From NCBI GenBank assembly GCA_048617235.1, contig JBMCHT010000003.1, positions 81,958-145,957 on the forward strand: DNA of 64,000 nucleotides, in the 5' to 3' direction. A program made the translations under genes and the position numbers. Positions 27,405 to 37,842 of the stretch are shown here, in pieces; position 1 is the first letter of the stretch, and every line of letters begins with the position of its first letter. The notes under the pieces are model-generated. The model did not search any database. It worked only from the letters and a program-made list of their open reading frames with translations, and was not told the DNA's origin. The stretch comes from Patescibacteria group bacterium (lineage in GTDB: Bacteria; Patescibacteriota; Minisyncoccia; Phycocordibacterales; XYD1-FULL-46-19).

Positions 27405-30400
27405 ATGCTTATAACTCATAAAAAAAAGTTTATTATTACATCTTTATTGATTGTTTTTTTTGTTGTTTTATTGATTAATCCTAAAGAAACAATAGCCACT
27501 GAAGAAGAATTTTCAGATAGATATGAAAATTGTGTTAATTCCCTCGTCGATACGAGCAGGCCTCCTGATGATGATTTAGAGTCACAAATAAACTGGCTGA
27601 AAGAGCGATCTGCTTTCTATTTGGAAAAAAGTTTTGAAATTGAACCACAATTAGAAGAAATGAGAGAAAATTCTGATAATACTTTCCTAAGGCCTACTTT
27701 TGTTTGTGCTTTTGATACTGATGGCTTATGTGATTACGAGCCCAGAGATTTTTTAAACGCATCAGTTGAAACCATAGAAGGAACATTATCAAATTCTTAT
27801 ATAATATCTTTTCCTAATGGAGACTCTATAGAAACTTCCGGTAGATACTGGAATTACAACGAGTGGTTCCAAAAATCTTCAGATTATCAAAGTCTTAGAG
27901 CAGAAAGAAGTCGTTTTAATGCTCTTTCGTCCGAAATACTTCAATGTGTAAGCTTGGGAGAAACTGCTTTAAATTATGAAAATTTAAATCCAGAAGAAAT
28001 AGATGAAACAGAAGAAGAATTAATTGAACTGGAAAATTATGCTGAACAAGAAAGGAGAGAATCTTCAAACACAAGCAGGGCTCAAATAGAAAGACTGGAT
28101 GCATCTAGATTAGATATTGATAAAAGTTGGTTTTGTTTAGGGCACGGTAATATCATCGGTTTTGATTTTGGAGATCCTGTTTGTTATATAGAGCTTTTCA
28201 CTATGCTATTTGAAGTTATAAGAGATATGGTGGTTAGCATTTTAACAGAAATAATATCTCCTTTTTACGATACGGTTATCCATCATTCAGTGATAGAAAT
28301 AACCCAATTTTTAGACACTGATTCTGCAAATCAAGTCTGGATAGCTGTTAGAGATGTCGCTAATTTATTTTTTATATTTATTCTTTTATATGTTTCTTTT
28401 AGTATAACCTTACAAATAGGAGGGGCTAATGACAAACGGCTTATAGCTATGGTTATTATCATAGCTTTATTAATTAATTTTAGTGCCGCCCTTACCAAAG
28501 TAGCTATAGACGCCTCTAATATAACAGCTTTACATTTTTTGGAACAAATAGATGAAGATGGGGAGGTAGGAACAAGACTGCAGATAACCAGTAAATTTAG
28601 TACATTAAGCGCAAGTCAACTACCAGGTGGAGATAATCAAATAGAAAGAGAAGCTGCTTGGAAAAGATTAATGGCTACTGTTGCTAATATAGTCTTCGCT
28701 TTTATTTTAATAATTGCTCTTTTAGTGGGCTCTTTCTTATATTTATGGAGAGTTGTCATATTTTTAATATTAATTGTAGCTTCTCCTTTGGCGTTTGTAG
28801 GCTTTGCTTTACCTAAAATAAAGACCATGATTACAGACAAATGGCTGTCTCAACTGTTTTGTTGGTGTGCTTTCGCTCCAATATCTATGTTCTTTTTGTG
28901 GGCTAGTTTTACTTTAGCAGAAGGCACTAATCTGGAAGGGGGTTTTTTTGAATTAATGATTCATTTCTTTATTATTTGCGCCCTGGTTATCGGCTCGTTT
29001 GTTATGTCTCAAATATTATCCTGTTCCGGATCAAGCTCCATAGCCGGACGAGGAGTTGGAGCATTAAATTATACCAAAGACAAAGCTGCAACCGGCTTAA
29101 AACATGGAGCAGGAAAAACTGCCAAGTGGGCTGCTACCAGTGATACCAAAAAATATGGAGGTAAACTGGCTAATCGCATAGGTGGATTAAAAGACACAGG
29201 CTATGATATGCAGAAATCAGACAGTAGAACCAAGCGTGTATTAGGGCGAGCCTCAGAGTGGGTAGGTGATAAAGGTCAAAAAATAGCAGATAAAACAGGC
29301 CAAACTAAAGTACAAGAAAGCAAAGTAAAAAGAGCAACAGAAGTAATAAATAAAGGAGAAAATGCTGATGAAAAAGCTCGGACCTTTAATAGGTTGAACA
29401 AAATTACAGGAGCCGTCGGAATGAATAGATTAACTCAAGCCGATTGGGTGGCCAATCAATCTGGACAACAATTAGCTGAACTTGCCAATTCTATTAAAGA
29501 CCTAAAAACAAAAGAAGATTTTAGAGGAAACTTGGATAAATTACTGGCTCGAGATCCGGAAAAGAAAAAAGAATTTTTGGAAGCTTTACCTAAAGAGCAA
29601 GAAAAATCGGCTACTAAAGTTAAACCGGGAGAATTAAATAAAGAAACCGAAATTGAAAGAAATAGAGAAGCCGGTCAACAACGAGCTGCGAATGTTCTAG
29701 CTTTATCAAATGATAAAAAAGGAGAAGAGCCCAGCGAGAGACAAAAAGTTTTAGCAGAAATAGACACTGAAACCTTAGCCAATATGTTAAATAGTACCGA
29801 CAATGAAGCAGATTACCAACAACTTATAGATGATTTAAATCAGACATTAGATCCTCAAAAAATGGAGAGAGTTTTCGAAGAGATGGCTAAAGATTTAAGT
29901 AAAACTTTAAATGCTATTTCTTTTATTTCTGATCCGAATAAAAAAGAAGAATTAATGACAACAGAACTGGGAAGAGTTGGTAAAATGGATATCAATTACC
30001 AACAACAAGCCTATAACAAAACAGATGAATTAACCAGAGATGGCATCAGAGAAGCTGTCATCAGTGGAATGGCCGTAGCTGGAGTCAATATAAAAGATTT
30101 AGACCAAAAACTTCCAAAAGACAAACAAGAAAAAGAAAAAACCATAGAAAGATTAGAAGCTGAGGATAACCTTAAAAATTCAGATGCAAATACTTCCGAA
30201 GAAGATATTAAGAAATATTTAGATACCTTAACCACAGACATGAAAGTAAACTTACCGGATGAAGTTCTTAAAAAAGAAAGAGTGGTAGCCAATTTAGATA
30301 TAGCCACTATTAATAAATTAACTCAAGCTTCAAAAACACCTGATTTATTGAGAGAAATTGGTAAGGTGGTAGAAGAATTAAAAAGAAAAAAGGATCCTAA

Positions 30401-30698
30401 AGGTGATGCTTTATGGGGATCTATGAAGAGTATGACAACACAATCAATGTTTTTCAGTCACAACGATACAGGAAACACCGGTGGAGAATCCAGCCAAACA
30501 TCTAACCCACCCTCCCAAACATCTAACCAATCTACCTTAAAAGAAGATCCAAATTCATTTGAAGCAACTAAAAGAGAAAAACAAGAAAAAAGCGGAGTAT
30601 CAGAAGAAGATGAAGAAGAAGCAAATCAAAGGTTGAAAAAACTCCGAAGAGAAATGAGAAATAATAATAATAATAATAATAATAATAATCAACAATAA
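27405..30698 (+). CDS. VirB6/TrbL-like polytopic membrane protein with long N- and C-terminal extensions
   Basis: WIAVRDVANLFFIFILL, ALLINFS..LTKVAIDASN, LIVASPLAFV, W..QL...F.API motifs. Confidence 0.8.
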   Translation: MLITHKKKFIITSLLIVFFVVLLINPKETIATEEEFSDRYENCVNSLVDTSRPPDDDLESQINWLKERSAFYLEKSFEIEPQLEEMRENSDNTFLRPTFVCAFDTDGLCDYEPRDFLNASVETIEGTLSNSYIISFPNGDSIETSGRYWNYNEWFQKSSDYQSLRAERSRFNALSSEILQCVSLGETALNYENLNPEEIDETEEELIELENYAEQERRESSNTSRAQIERLDASRLDIDKSWFCLGHGNIIGFDFGDPVCYIELFTMLFEVIRDMVVSILTEIISPFYDTVIHHSVIEITQFLDTDSANQVWIAVRDVANLFFIFILLYVSFSITLQIGGANDKRLIAMVIIIALLINFSAALTKVAIDASNITALHFLEQIDEDGEVGTRLQITSKFSTLSASQLPGGDNQIEREAAWKRLMATVANIVFAFILIIALLVGSFLYLWRVVIFLILIVASPLAFVGFALPKIKTMITDKWLSQLFCWCAFAPISMFFLWASFTLAEGTNLEGGFFELMIHFFIICALVIGSFVMSQILSCSGSSSIAGRGVGALNYTKDKAATGLKHGAGKTAKWAATSDTKKYGGKLANRIGGLKDTGYDMQKSDSRTKRVLGRASEWVGDKGQKIADKTGQTKVQESKVKRATEVINKGENADEKARTFNRLNKITGAVGMNRLTQADWVANQSGQQLAELANSIKDLKTKEDFRGNLDKLLARDPEKKKEFLEALPKEQEKSATKVKPGELNKETEIERNREAGQQRAANVLALSNDKKGEEPSERQKVLAEIDTETLANMLNSTDNEADYQQLIDDLNQTLDPQKMERVFEEMAKDLSKTLNAISFISDPNKKEELMTTELGRVGKMDINYQQQAYNKTDELTRDGIREAVISGMAVAGVNIKDLDQKLPKDKQEKEKTIERLEAEDNLKNSDANTSEEDIKKYLDTLTTDMKVNLPDEVLKKERVVANLDIATINKLTQASKTPDLLREIGKVVEELKRKKDPKGDALWGSMKSMTTQSMFFSHNDTGNTGGESSQTSNPPSQTSNQSTLKEDPNSFEATKREKQEKSGVSEEDEEEANQRLKKLRREMRNNNNNNNNNNQQ
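30660..30689 (+). repeat. (AAT)10 microsatellite encoding C-terminal poly-Asn
   Basis: Directly visible before CAA CAA TAA. Confidence 0.9.
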
Positions 30699-30700
30699 AC

Positions 30701-31195
30701 ATGCCTTTAACCCCCGAAATAATTCAAGAAAAAACCAAAGACTTACCGGAAAAAGTCAAAGAGGCTTTCTTTTCTTCAGAAACCAGTAAAACTATTCGTG
30801 AAGTAGGTCAAAAAAACAATCTTCATATAGATCAAATAGGAATATTGGCAGATTTAACCGGACAAGTTTTATTAGGAATATTGCCGGTAAGTAGTTTTAC
30901 TCGACATCTTTCCAATTACTTGCATATAGATACCGAAACGGCTAAATTTATGGCCATTGAAATAAATGAAAAGATATTTTTACCTATCAGAGAAGATTTA
31001 AAGAAAGTTAATATTTCTAAAAAAGAAGACACTGAGCCGGAAAAGAAAAAAGCGGATTCGCCACCGCCTCCACCAACTACGGAAAAAACCGAAGAAAAAG
31101 AAACTATTAAAAAAGATTTGTATCAAGACAGAAAATCCGAATTAAGTGGTAGTATAGATAATGTAGATGATCCTTATCGAGAACCAATAGAATAA
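30701..31195 (+). CDS. Conserved CPR hypothetical protein (C-terminal DPYREPIE)
   Basis: LHIDQIG, INEKIFLPIRE, DPYREPIE; directly upstream of prgI. Confidence 0.8.
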   Translation: MPLTPEIIQEKTKDLPEKVKEAFFSSETSKTIREVGQKNNLHIDQIGILADLTGQVLLGILPVSSFTRHLSNYLHIDTETAKFMAIEINEKIFLPIREDLKKVNISKKEDTEPEKKKADSPPPPPTTEKTEEKETIKKDLYQDRKSELSGSIDNVDDPYREPIE

Positions 31196-31199
31196 AAAT

Positions 31200-31628
31200 A
31201 TGCGCTTTCAAGTTCCACAATTTATAGATATTGAAGATAAAATTTTCGGACCTTTATCTTTTAAGCAATTTATTTACATAGCCGGGGGAGCCGGGGGAGC
31301 TTATTTATCTTTTCAAATACTACCCCCTATTATTAATATATTGTTTGTAGTTGTATTCGGTGGTTTGGGTCTGGCTTTGGCTTTTTATAAAGTAAACGAG
31401 CGTCCTTTAATCTTAATAATTCAATCAGCTATCAAACATTTTTTAAACAGTAAATTGTATTTATGGGAAAAGAAAAAACCCTCTGTTCCTCAAAAACAAG
31501 AAAAAGAGGAAGGGTCTGAAGTAAAACAAGAAATTTTACCTAAAATGTCCAAAAGTAAATTAGAAGATTTATCTTGGAGTTTAGATGTTAAACAAAAACC
31601 TGAAGAACCGGAGAATGAAGCCCTGTAA
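31200..31628 (+). CDS. prgI: PrgI family (VirB3-like) membrane protein
   Basis: MRFQVPQFIDIEDKIFGPLSFKQF plus two TMs. Confidence 0.9.
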   Translation: MRFQVPQFIDIEDKIFGPLSFKQFIYIAGGAGGAYLSFQILPPIINILFVVVFGGLGLALAFYKVNERPLILIIQSAIKHFLNSKLYLWEKKKPSVPQKQEKEEGSEVKQEILPKMSKSKLEDLSWSLDVKQKPEEPENEAL

Positions 31629-31682
31629 ATTTTCCTCAACTACTATAATTAAAGAAAGGCTCGGTTGTGTTATAATAAGATT

Positions 31683-32339
31683 ATGTTGAATATTAATTCC
31701 AAACCAACTCAAGATTTTTTATCCATAAAAGCTATTAGAAATGACTTGGTTATTATGAAAGATAATAGTTATCGTGCTGTTTTACTAACCACCGCCACTA
31801 ACTTTGCTTTAAAATCTGATGATGAACAAATTGCTATTATCTCTCAGTATCAGAACTTTCTCAATTCTTTGGATTTTTCCATACAAATTTTTATTCAATC
31901 TCGAAGATTAGATATTAATCCCTATTTAATGACCATTAAAAAATTACAAAAAAACCAGACTAATGAATTACTAAAAATACAAACCAAAGAATATATAGAT
32001 TTTATTAAAACTTTCGTAGAAAACTCCAATATTATGTCTAAAAGTTTTTTTGTGGTTATTCCATATTATAGTACAGTTGCTTCCGATAGCGGATCTTTTT
32101 TAAGTAACACTCTCCCTTTTTTAAAACAAAAAGATGAAGGCAAGAAAAAAATGGAAACCGAAGAATATCAAGCGCAAGTAGAACAAAGAATAGGAGTAGT
32201 GGAGCAAGGTTTATCTAGAACCGGTATTAAATCAAGCCGTTTAGGTACAGAGGAATTAATAGAATTATATTTCAAAATATTTAATCCCGGAGAACAAGGA
32301 TTACCTTCTATGGATAATTTGCAACAAGCTAAAAAGTAA
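31683..32339 (+). CDS. TraC/VirB4 N-domain-like T4SS protein
   Basis: NFALKSDDEQ..I..YQNFLNSLDF.IQI.IQSRRLDI, FFVVIPY; ATG 31683 lies 6 nt after TGTTATAAT. Confidence 0.8.
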   Translation: MLNINSKPTQDFLSIKAIRNDLVIMKDNSYRAVLLTTATNFALKSDDEQIAIISQYQNFLNSLDFSIQIFIQSRRLDINPYLMTIKKLQKNQTNELLKIQTKEYIDFIKTFVENSNIMSKSFFVVIPYYSTVASDSGSFLSNTLPFLKQKDEGKKKMETEEYQAQVEQRIGVVEQGLSRTGIKSSRLGTEELIELYFKIFNPGEQGLPSMDNLQQAKK

Positions 32340-32344
32340 GCAAT

Positions 32345-34153
32345 ATGTGGCCTTTTACTAACAAAACAAAAGAAAAAGAGTTAACCGCTTTCTTGCCGAC
32401 AGATATTTATCAAGCCGGGATAATGGAGTTAAAAGATATTATTGCTCCATCGGCTTTAAAAATAAACAGCAACAATTTAAATCTGGGAGATAAAATTGCT
32501 AAAACTTTTTTTGTTATTTCTTACCCTCGCTTTTTAAATGAAGGTTGGTTTTCTCCTATTATTAATATGGATAGAGTTTTTGATATCTCTATTTTTATCC
32601 ATCCTATAGATTCGGCGGTAGCTTTGAAACAATTACAAAAAAAATTAGCCGAAGTTCAAAGCCAAATAAATACAAAAATGGAAAAAGGCTTTGTTCGTGA
32701 TCCAATTTTAGATACCTCTCAACAAGATATTGAATCCCTAAGAGACCAATTACAACAAGCTGAAGAAAAAATATTCAATGTTGGAGTCTACATCACTATT
32801 TATGGTCAAAATAAACAAGACTTATTTGAAGCCGAGTCTGAAATAAAATCAACCTTAGATTCTCAATTAATATATATTAAACCGGCTTTATTCCAACAAG
32901 GAGAAGGTTTTAGAAGTGTTATTCCTTTAGCTCAAGATGAACTAAAAATACATACTAAACTAAATTCCAATCCTTTATCTAGTTTATTTCCTTTTATTTC
33001 TTTTGACTTAACTTCTAATAAAGGAATTTTATTCGGCACCAACCGACACAACTCTTCTTTAGTGTTATTTGATCGCTTTTCCTTAGCAAACTATAACTCA
33101 GTCACCTTTGCCAAGTCCGGTAGTGGTAAGTCTTACACCACTAAATTGGAAATCTTAAGAAGTTTAATGTATGACACCGATGTTATTGTGATAGACCCCG
33201 AAAGAGAATATGAATTTTTATCTGAAGCTGTCGGAGGTAGATATTTTAATATTTCCTTAACTTCCGAACACCATATTAATCCTTTCGATTTACCACCACC
33301 CGGAGAAGATGAATCACCGGGAGATATTTTAAGAGGTAATATAATCAACTTAGTTGGTTTATTTAGAATAATGCTTGGCGGTTTAAATTCTGAAGAAGAT
33401 TCAATTATAGACAAAGCTATCACTGAAACTTATGCTTTAAAAGACATCACTTCCGATAATGATTTTTCTAACAAACCAACTCCATTATTATCCGACCTGG
33501 AATTAGTTTTGGCCGGTATGGAAGGAGGAGAGTCTTTGGCTCAAAGATTAACCAAATATACTCAAGGTACCTGGTCGGGCTTTCTAAACAAACCTACCAA
33601 TGTGGATATTAATAAAAATTTTGTGGTATTTTCCGTTAGAGATATGGAAGACGAATTAAAACCGGCGGTTATGTATATTGTAATGCACCATATCTGGAAT
33701 ACAGTCAGGCGAAATATTAGAAAACGTCTTTTAGTGGTTGATGAAGCCTGGTGGATGATGAAATCCGAGGATACGGCTTCTTTTTTGTACTCTTTAGTTA
33801 AAAGAGGTCGAAAATATTATTTAGGCACCGCCACTATCACTCAAGATGTAGGAGATTTCTTGCGCTCACCTTACGGTACCCCGATTATTACCAACTCTTC
33901 TTTGTATTTTTTATTAAAACAGTCTCCGGCTTCCATAGATTTGGTTCAAAAAACTTTCAATTTAACTGATGAAGAAAAATATCTTTTATTGGAATCAAAT
34001 ATTGGAGAGGGGATATTCTTTGCCGGTTTAAAAAGAGTGGCTCTTAAAGTTATTGCCTCTTATACTGAAGATCAAATAATAACTTCCGACCCTTCAGAAT
34101 TATTAAATATTAAAAAAGCCAAACAGGAATTGGAAATGGATGCAGAAAAATAA
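32345..34153 (+). CDS. virB4: VirB4-like ATPase
   Basis: FAKSGSGKSY, VIDPEREY, INPFDLP, LVVDEAW, KRGRKY, ITQDVGDF. Confidence 0.92.
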   Translation: MWPFTNKTKEKELTAFLPTDIYQAGIMELKDIIAPSALKINSNNLNLGDKIAKTFFVISYPRFLNEGWFSPIINMDRVFDISIFIHPIDSAVALKQLQKKLAEVQSQINTKMEKGFVRDPILDTSQQDIESLRDQLQQAEEKIFNVGVYITIYGQNKQDLFEAESEIKSTLDSQLIYIKPALFQQGEGFRSVIPLAQDELKIHTKLNSNPLSSLFPFISFDLTSNKGILFGTNRHNSSLVLFDRFSLANYNSVTFAKSGSGKSYTTKLEILRSLMYDTDVIVIDPEREYEFLSEAVGGRYFNISLTSEHHINPFDLPPPGEDESPGDILRGNIINLVGLFRIMLGGLNSEEDSIIDKAITETYALKDITSDNDFSNKPTPLLSDLELVLAGMEGGESLAQRLTKYTQGTWSGFLNKPTNVDINKNFVVFSVRDMEDELKPAVMYIVMHHIWNTVRRNIRKRLLVVDEAWWMMKSEDTASFLYSLVKRGRKYYLGTATITQDVGDFLRSPYGTPIITNSSLYFLLKQSPASIDLVQKTFNLTDEEKYLLLESNIGEGIFFAGLKRVALKVIASYTEDQIITSDPSELLNIKKAKQELEMDAEK

Positions 34154-34174
34154 AAAATATTTTAAAATAATAAT

Positions 34175-35164
34175 ATGTCTTCTTTTTTAAAAACTCTTCT
34201 CCTTGCAATAATTTTGGTTTCTCCTGTTGTAATTGAGGCCAGATTATTGGATTCTTCAGGAGGGAGCATAGTTCCTGTTTTTAAACCGAAAAATCCCGGA
34301 CCCAATCAAGAAATAATAATAACTCTGGATGGTTACGGTTATAATATAAATCGTAGTTTAATTAGATGGGAAGAAAACAATAATGTATTAAAAGAAGGGG
34401 TAGGAGAAAAACAACTTAATTTTACCACTGGAGCAATCGGCTCTAAACATTTCATTAATGTAACTATTTTAACCGATACCGGCCGACAAGTTACCGGTCA
34501 AATATTATTGGATCCGGCTGAAGTAGATATGGTTTGGGAAGGGTTGACTGTTAATCGCCCAAATTATCAAGGAGGTAATTTAGCTTTAGATGGGGGAGAG
34601 GTAAGAGTGGTGGCTATACCTCAGATGACTGATTCTCAAGGTCAATTAATGGCAAATGATGAATTATTATATGAATGGCGAATTGATGGCCAAAAAGTAA
34701 TAAACATAGATAATAAACAAAAATATTTAGATGTTCGTTTAAGAATAGACAGGCCAATAAGAGTTAGGGTAACCGTTACCAACCCGGTAACCGAAACTAA
34801 AACTAGTAATTTACTTATTTTAAGATCCAAACAAAAACCGGTTTTAGCGATTTATGAAGTTAAACCTTTAATGGGACCTATCTACAACCGAGGAATAAGA
34901 AATATTTTTGAAATAGATTCACCAGAAACTGTTTTAAAAGCCGAGCTTTATCACTTACCACCTGATATTAGTAACAAAATAAGATTTAACTGGCTAATGG
35001 AAGATAAAAAGATAGCCAGCTCCGGCTCTGGTGGGGAATTATTAGGAATAGAAGCTCCTGCCACCTTAAGTGAATCTATACCCATAACAGTTGAAGCCCT
35101 CTTTCCGGAAGGAAATAATATTACAAAAAGTTTTATGATTAAACCCCAAGTAATAGATTTTTAA
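34175..35164 (+). CDS. Secreted Ig-like beta-rich protein of the T4SS-like cluster
   Basis: Signal peptide; P..PGPNQ, I.W..N, PAEVDMVWEG, YQGG, LLYEW motifs. Confidence 0.7.
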   Translation: MSSFLKTLLLAIILVSPVVIEARLLDSSGGSIVPVFKPKNPGPNQEIIITLDGYGYNINRSLIRWEENNNVLKEGVGEKQLNFTTGAIGSKHFINVTILTDTGRQVTGQILLDPAEVDMVWEGLTVNRPNYQGGNLALDGGEVRVVAIPQMTDSQGQLMANDELLYEWRIDGQKVINIDNKQKYLDVRLRIDRPIRVRVTVTNPVTETKTSNLLILRSKQKPVLAIYEVKPLMGPIYNRGIRNIFEIDSPETVLKAELYHLPPDISNKIRFNWLMEDKKIASSGSGGELLGIEAPATLSESIPITVEALFPEGNNITKSFMIKPQVIDF

Positions 35165-35167
35165 GTT

Positions 35168-36019
35168 ATGAATTTTTTATCTACAGAAAAAGCTTTGGCT
35201 CAAGTGGTTAGTAGATACCAATTATTAGAACAGACAATTGTCGGTGAGACGGTTTCTAGCTTTCCTGAATATTTGAGTCAAATTTATACTGTTTTTTTAA
35301 CTGTAGTTACTGTTTTAGCGGTTTTAATTTTAGTTTATGGTGGGATTGAATATTCAATTAGTGAAGCTTTTAGTACTAAAGAAAATGCTAAAAAAAGAAT
35401 GCAATCAGCTTTATTTGGTTTACTTTTGGCTTTATCTTCGGCTTTACTCTTACAAACTATTAATCCGGAATTATTGAATCTGGAAATTGAAATGGAAGCC
35501 TTGGATCCGGTAGGGAGTGGACAGTCTGCAGTTACAGACGGTAGTAATCCTGAATTTCAATCAGAACCTAACCCTCAGGCTCCAATAGAATCGTCAGGAG
35601 ATATACAAAAAGATATTTATAATGCAGCCAAAGCATATGAAAATAGTAGTACCAGTGCAGGACCAGGAAATGGCGTCGTAGCTTGCGCTTGGGCAGTAAA
35701 TAATGTTATCACAAAAGCCGGCTACCAATCGGTTAATGGTGATGCAGTTAAAAGCATGAAATCAGTATTAGACGGTAGTAGAGGGCAAGAAATAAATAAA
35801 AGTGAAGCTAGGCCTGGTGATATTGCTATAGTAACCGATGCTCCTTCAAAAGAGAGTGGCAAATTAGGAAATCATGTTGGGATATGTACAGATAATGGAT
35901 GTAATCGTGTTTTATCCAATTCAAGCAGTAGAGCTCAGTTTGATTACACAGGTGGATTTGGTTTTCCTGAAGCTTATAATGAAGGTGGTAATGAGTATGT
36001 TTATAGATTAAATAATTAA
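35168..36019 (+). CDS. T4SS pilin (VirB2-like) fused to a Cys-His amidase-like domain
   Basis: YGGIEY...AKKRM..ALFGLLLALSS.LLLQTINP pilin signature; C-terminal ACAWAVN...PGDI...HVGI...SNSSS. Confidence 0.8.
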   Translation: MNFLSTEKALAQVVSRYQLLEQTIVGETVSSFPEYLSQIYTVFLTVVTVLAVLILVYGGIEYSISEAFSTKENAKKRMQSALFGLLLALSSALLLQTINPELLNLEIEMEALDPVGSGQSAVTDGSNPEFQSEPNPQAPIESSGDIQKDIYNAAKAYENSSTSAGPGNGVVACAWAVNNVITKAGYQSVNGDAVKSMKSVLDGSRGQEINKSEARPGDIAIVTDAPSKESGKLGNHVGICTDNGCNRVLSNSSSRAQFDYTGGFGFPEAYNEGGNEYVYRLNN

Positions 36020-36030
36020 ATTATTATTTT

Positions 36031-36531
36031 ATGAAAAACCAAAATTATATATATTATATTATACTGGGGATTTTGATTATTGTTGCCGGTATTGTCTTAG
36101 GTATAATAAATAACTCAAAAAAAGAACCGGAAATAATTACTCCTCCGGAAACTACAAACAATAATGATATAGAAACCGACAATAATGGACAAGAAATAGT
36201 TGAATTAAATAAAGATGAAAAAGAAGAAATGGTTCAACAAATTAAAGAACAAATTAAAAAAGATTTTAATTTGGAAAATAATATAGAAGAAGAAAACAAT
36301 CAAGATGATTTTATTTTAGAAGAGACTTTTATTTCCTTCCCTTATGCTGTACAAATTTGGACGACAGAACATACAGGAGGATTTGTTGTTCTAAAATTTT
36401 CTGAAACAAATAATGAGTGGACTTCTTTAGATTCAGACGGTGGAGCTCCATATACTCAATATTTAATGGACTTTTATAATATACCACAAAAAAATGCCGA
36501 AGATTTGGTTAATAAAATTTATAATTTATAA
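36031..36531 (+). CDS. Membrane-anchored small protein (candidate immunity partner)
   Basis: N-terminal TM; YAVQIW...GG.VVLK...W...DGG...IP...A..L; 11 nt after the pilin-amidase stop. Confidence 0.65.
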   Translation: MKNQNYIYYIILGILIIVAGIVLGIINNSKKEPEIITPPETTNNNDIETDNNGQEIVELNKDEKEEMVQQIKEQIKKDFNLENNIEEENNQDDFILEETFISFPYAVQIWTTEHTGGFVVLKFSETNNEWTSLDSDGGAPYTQYLMDFYNIPQKNAEDLVNKIYNL

Positions 36532-36534
36532 AAT

Positions 36535-37842
36535 ATGAAAATAACAACCGGGGATATATTAAAATATTTAATAATCACTATTATTTTCTTAATGCTTTTT
36601 GTTTTAGGATTTTTAATGTCCGGCTTATTAACTAAAAACGGAGAGAAACAAGAAACTAAAAAAGAAAATCTTTTCCCGGAAGGAGGAGAATCTGTAAATA
36701 CTCAAACCGACACCCCTTCTTTTAATAATATATCAACAATGGAAGATTCTGATGATTTAAATGGAGAAGATCCAGAACTTGAAGAAGATGATCTTGTTTC
36801 TAATCAAATAATCACCTTTAAACCTTTATTAATAGAAGACAAATTATCTGTTTTATATATAAGTCAAACTGACGGACATATTTATTTAGTAAAAAATATA
36901 AACTTAATAAAAGATAATAAAATTAACAATCTTGAAAAAATATTAATTTCCAATAAAACTTTTAAAGATATTATTTCCGCTTATTGGGTTATAAATAATA
37001 ATCAAATAACTGCTATATTAAATGATAAAAATAATAGTTATTCTTTAACTTTTAGTTTAAATGATCTTGAAGAAGAAGAAGAAGAAGAAATAGAAAATAA
37101 TAACGAAATAGAGGTTATTAAAAGAAATCTGCCAATAAAAATATTGGAGGTAAAAGATTTGGGAGGACAAATTTTTGTTTTATCTAATCAATTAAGAGAA
37201 GATGATCAAAAAATAACTAATATTAAGGGTACAGTTGGTTATTTAGTAGATTCTGATTTAAATGATTGGCAAACAATTTTTATTTCAGATCATAAAACTT
37301 TAACTCTAAATCCAGGAAAACAAACAAATAATATTTATATTCAAAACAAACCTTCTAATCAATTTCCCAGTTTTCTTTATAGGGTGGATTTAGATACCGG
37401 AGTATTACAAAAAATAATGGGGGATATTTTAGGAGGAGTTTTTTTAGTTAATCCCAATGGCACTAAAGTTTTATATAATGAAAAAACTAACAATTCTTTT
37501 GATTTAAAAATATTTAATTTAAAAAACAAAAACAATAAAAACTTAGGTTTTAAAACTTTGATTGAAAAATGTTTTTGGGTGGATGAATCTAATTTTTATT
37601 GTGCTGCTCCTGAAAATATATACTTAAATAACAACTATCCGGATGTTTGGTATATAGGGGAAATACCAACCGAAGATAGTTTGTTATATAAATATAATTT
37701 AGAACAGGAATCATTTAACACCAGTAGATATTGGAATAATCAAAAAAATGTATTTAATTTAGATATAGATAATCAAAATAATATTTTATTTTATCAAGAT
37801 ATGATGAATAAAAATCTATATTTATTTAATATTTTGTTCTGA
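36535..37842 (+). CDS. Membrane-anchored beta-propeller-like hypothetical protein
   Basis: N-terminal TM, acidic linker, NPNGTKVLY, KTLIEKCFW...YCAAP...YPDVWY.GE. Confidence 0.7.
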   Translation: MKITTGDILKYLIITIIFLMLFVLGFLMSGLLTKNGEKQETKKENLFPEGGESVNTQTDTPSFNNISTMEDSDDLNGEDPELEEDDLVSNQIITFKPLLIEDKLSVLYISQTDGHIYLVKNINLIKDNKINNLEKILISNKTFKDIISAYWVINNNQITAILNDKNNSYSLTFSLNDLEEEEEEEIENNNEIEVIKRNLPIKILEVKDLGGQIFVLSNQLREDDQKITNIKGTVGYLVDSDLNDWQTIFISDHKTLTLNPGKQTNNIYIQNKPSNQFPSFLYRVDLDTGVLQKIMGDILGGVFLVNPNGTKVLYNEKTNNSFDLKIFNLKNKNNKNLGFKTLIEKCFWVDESNFYCAAPENIYLNNNYPDVWYIGEIPTEDSLLYKYNLEQESFNTSRYWNNQKNVFNLDIDNQNNILFYQDMMNKNLYLFNILF

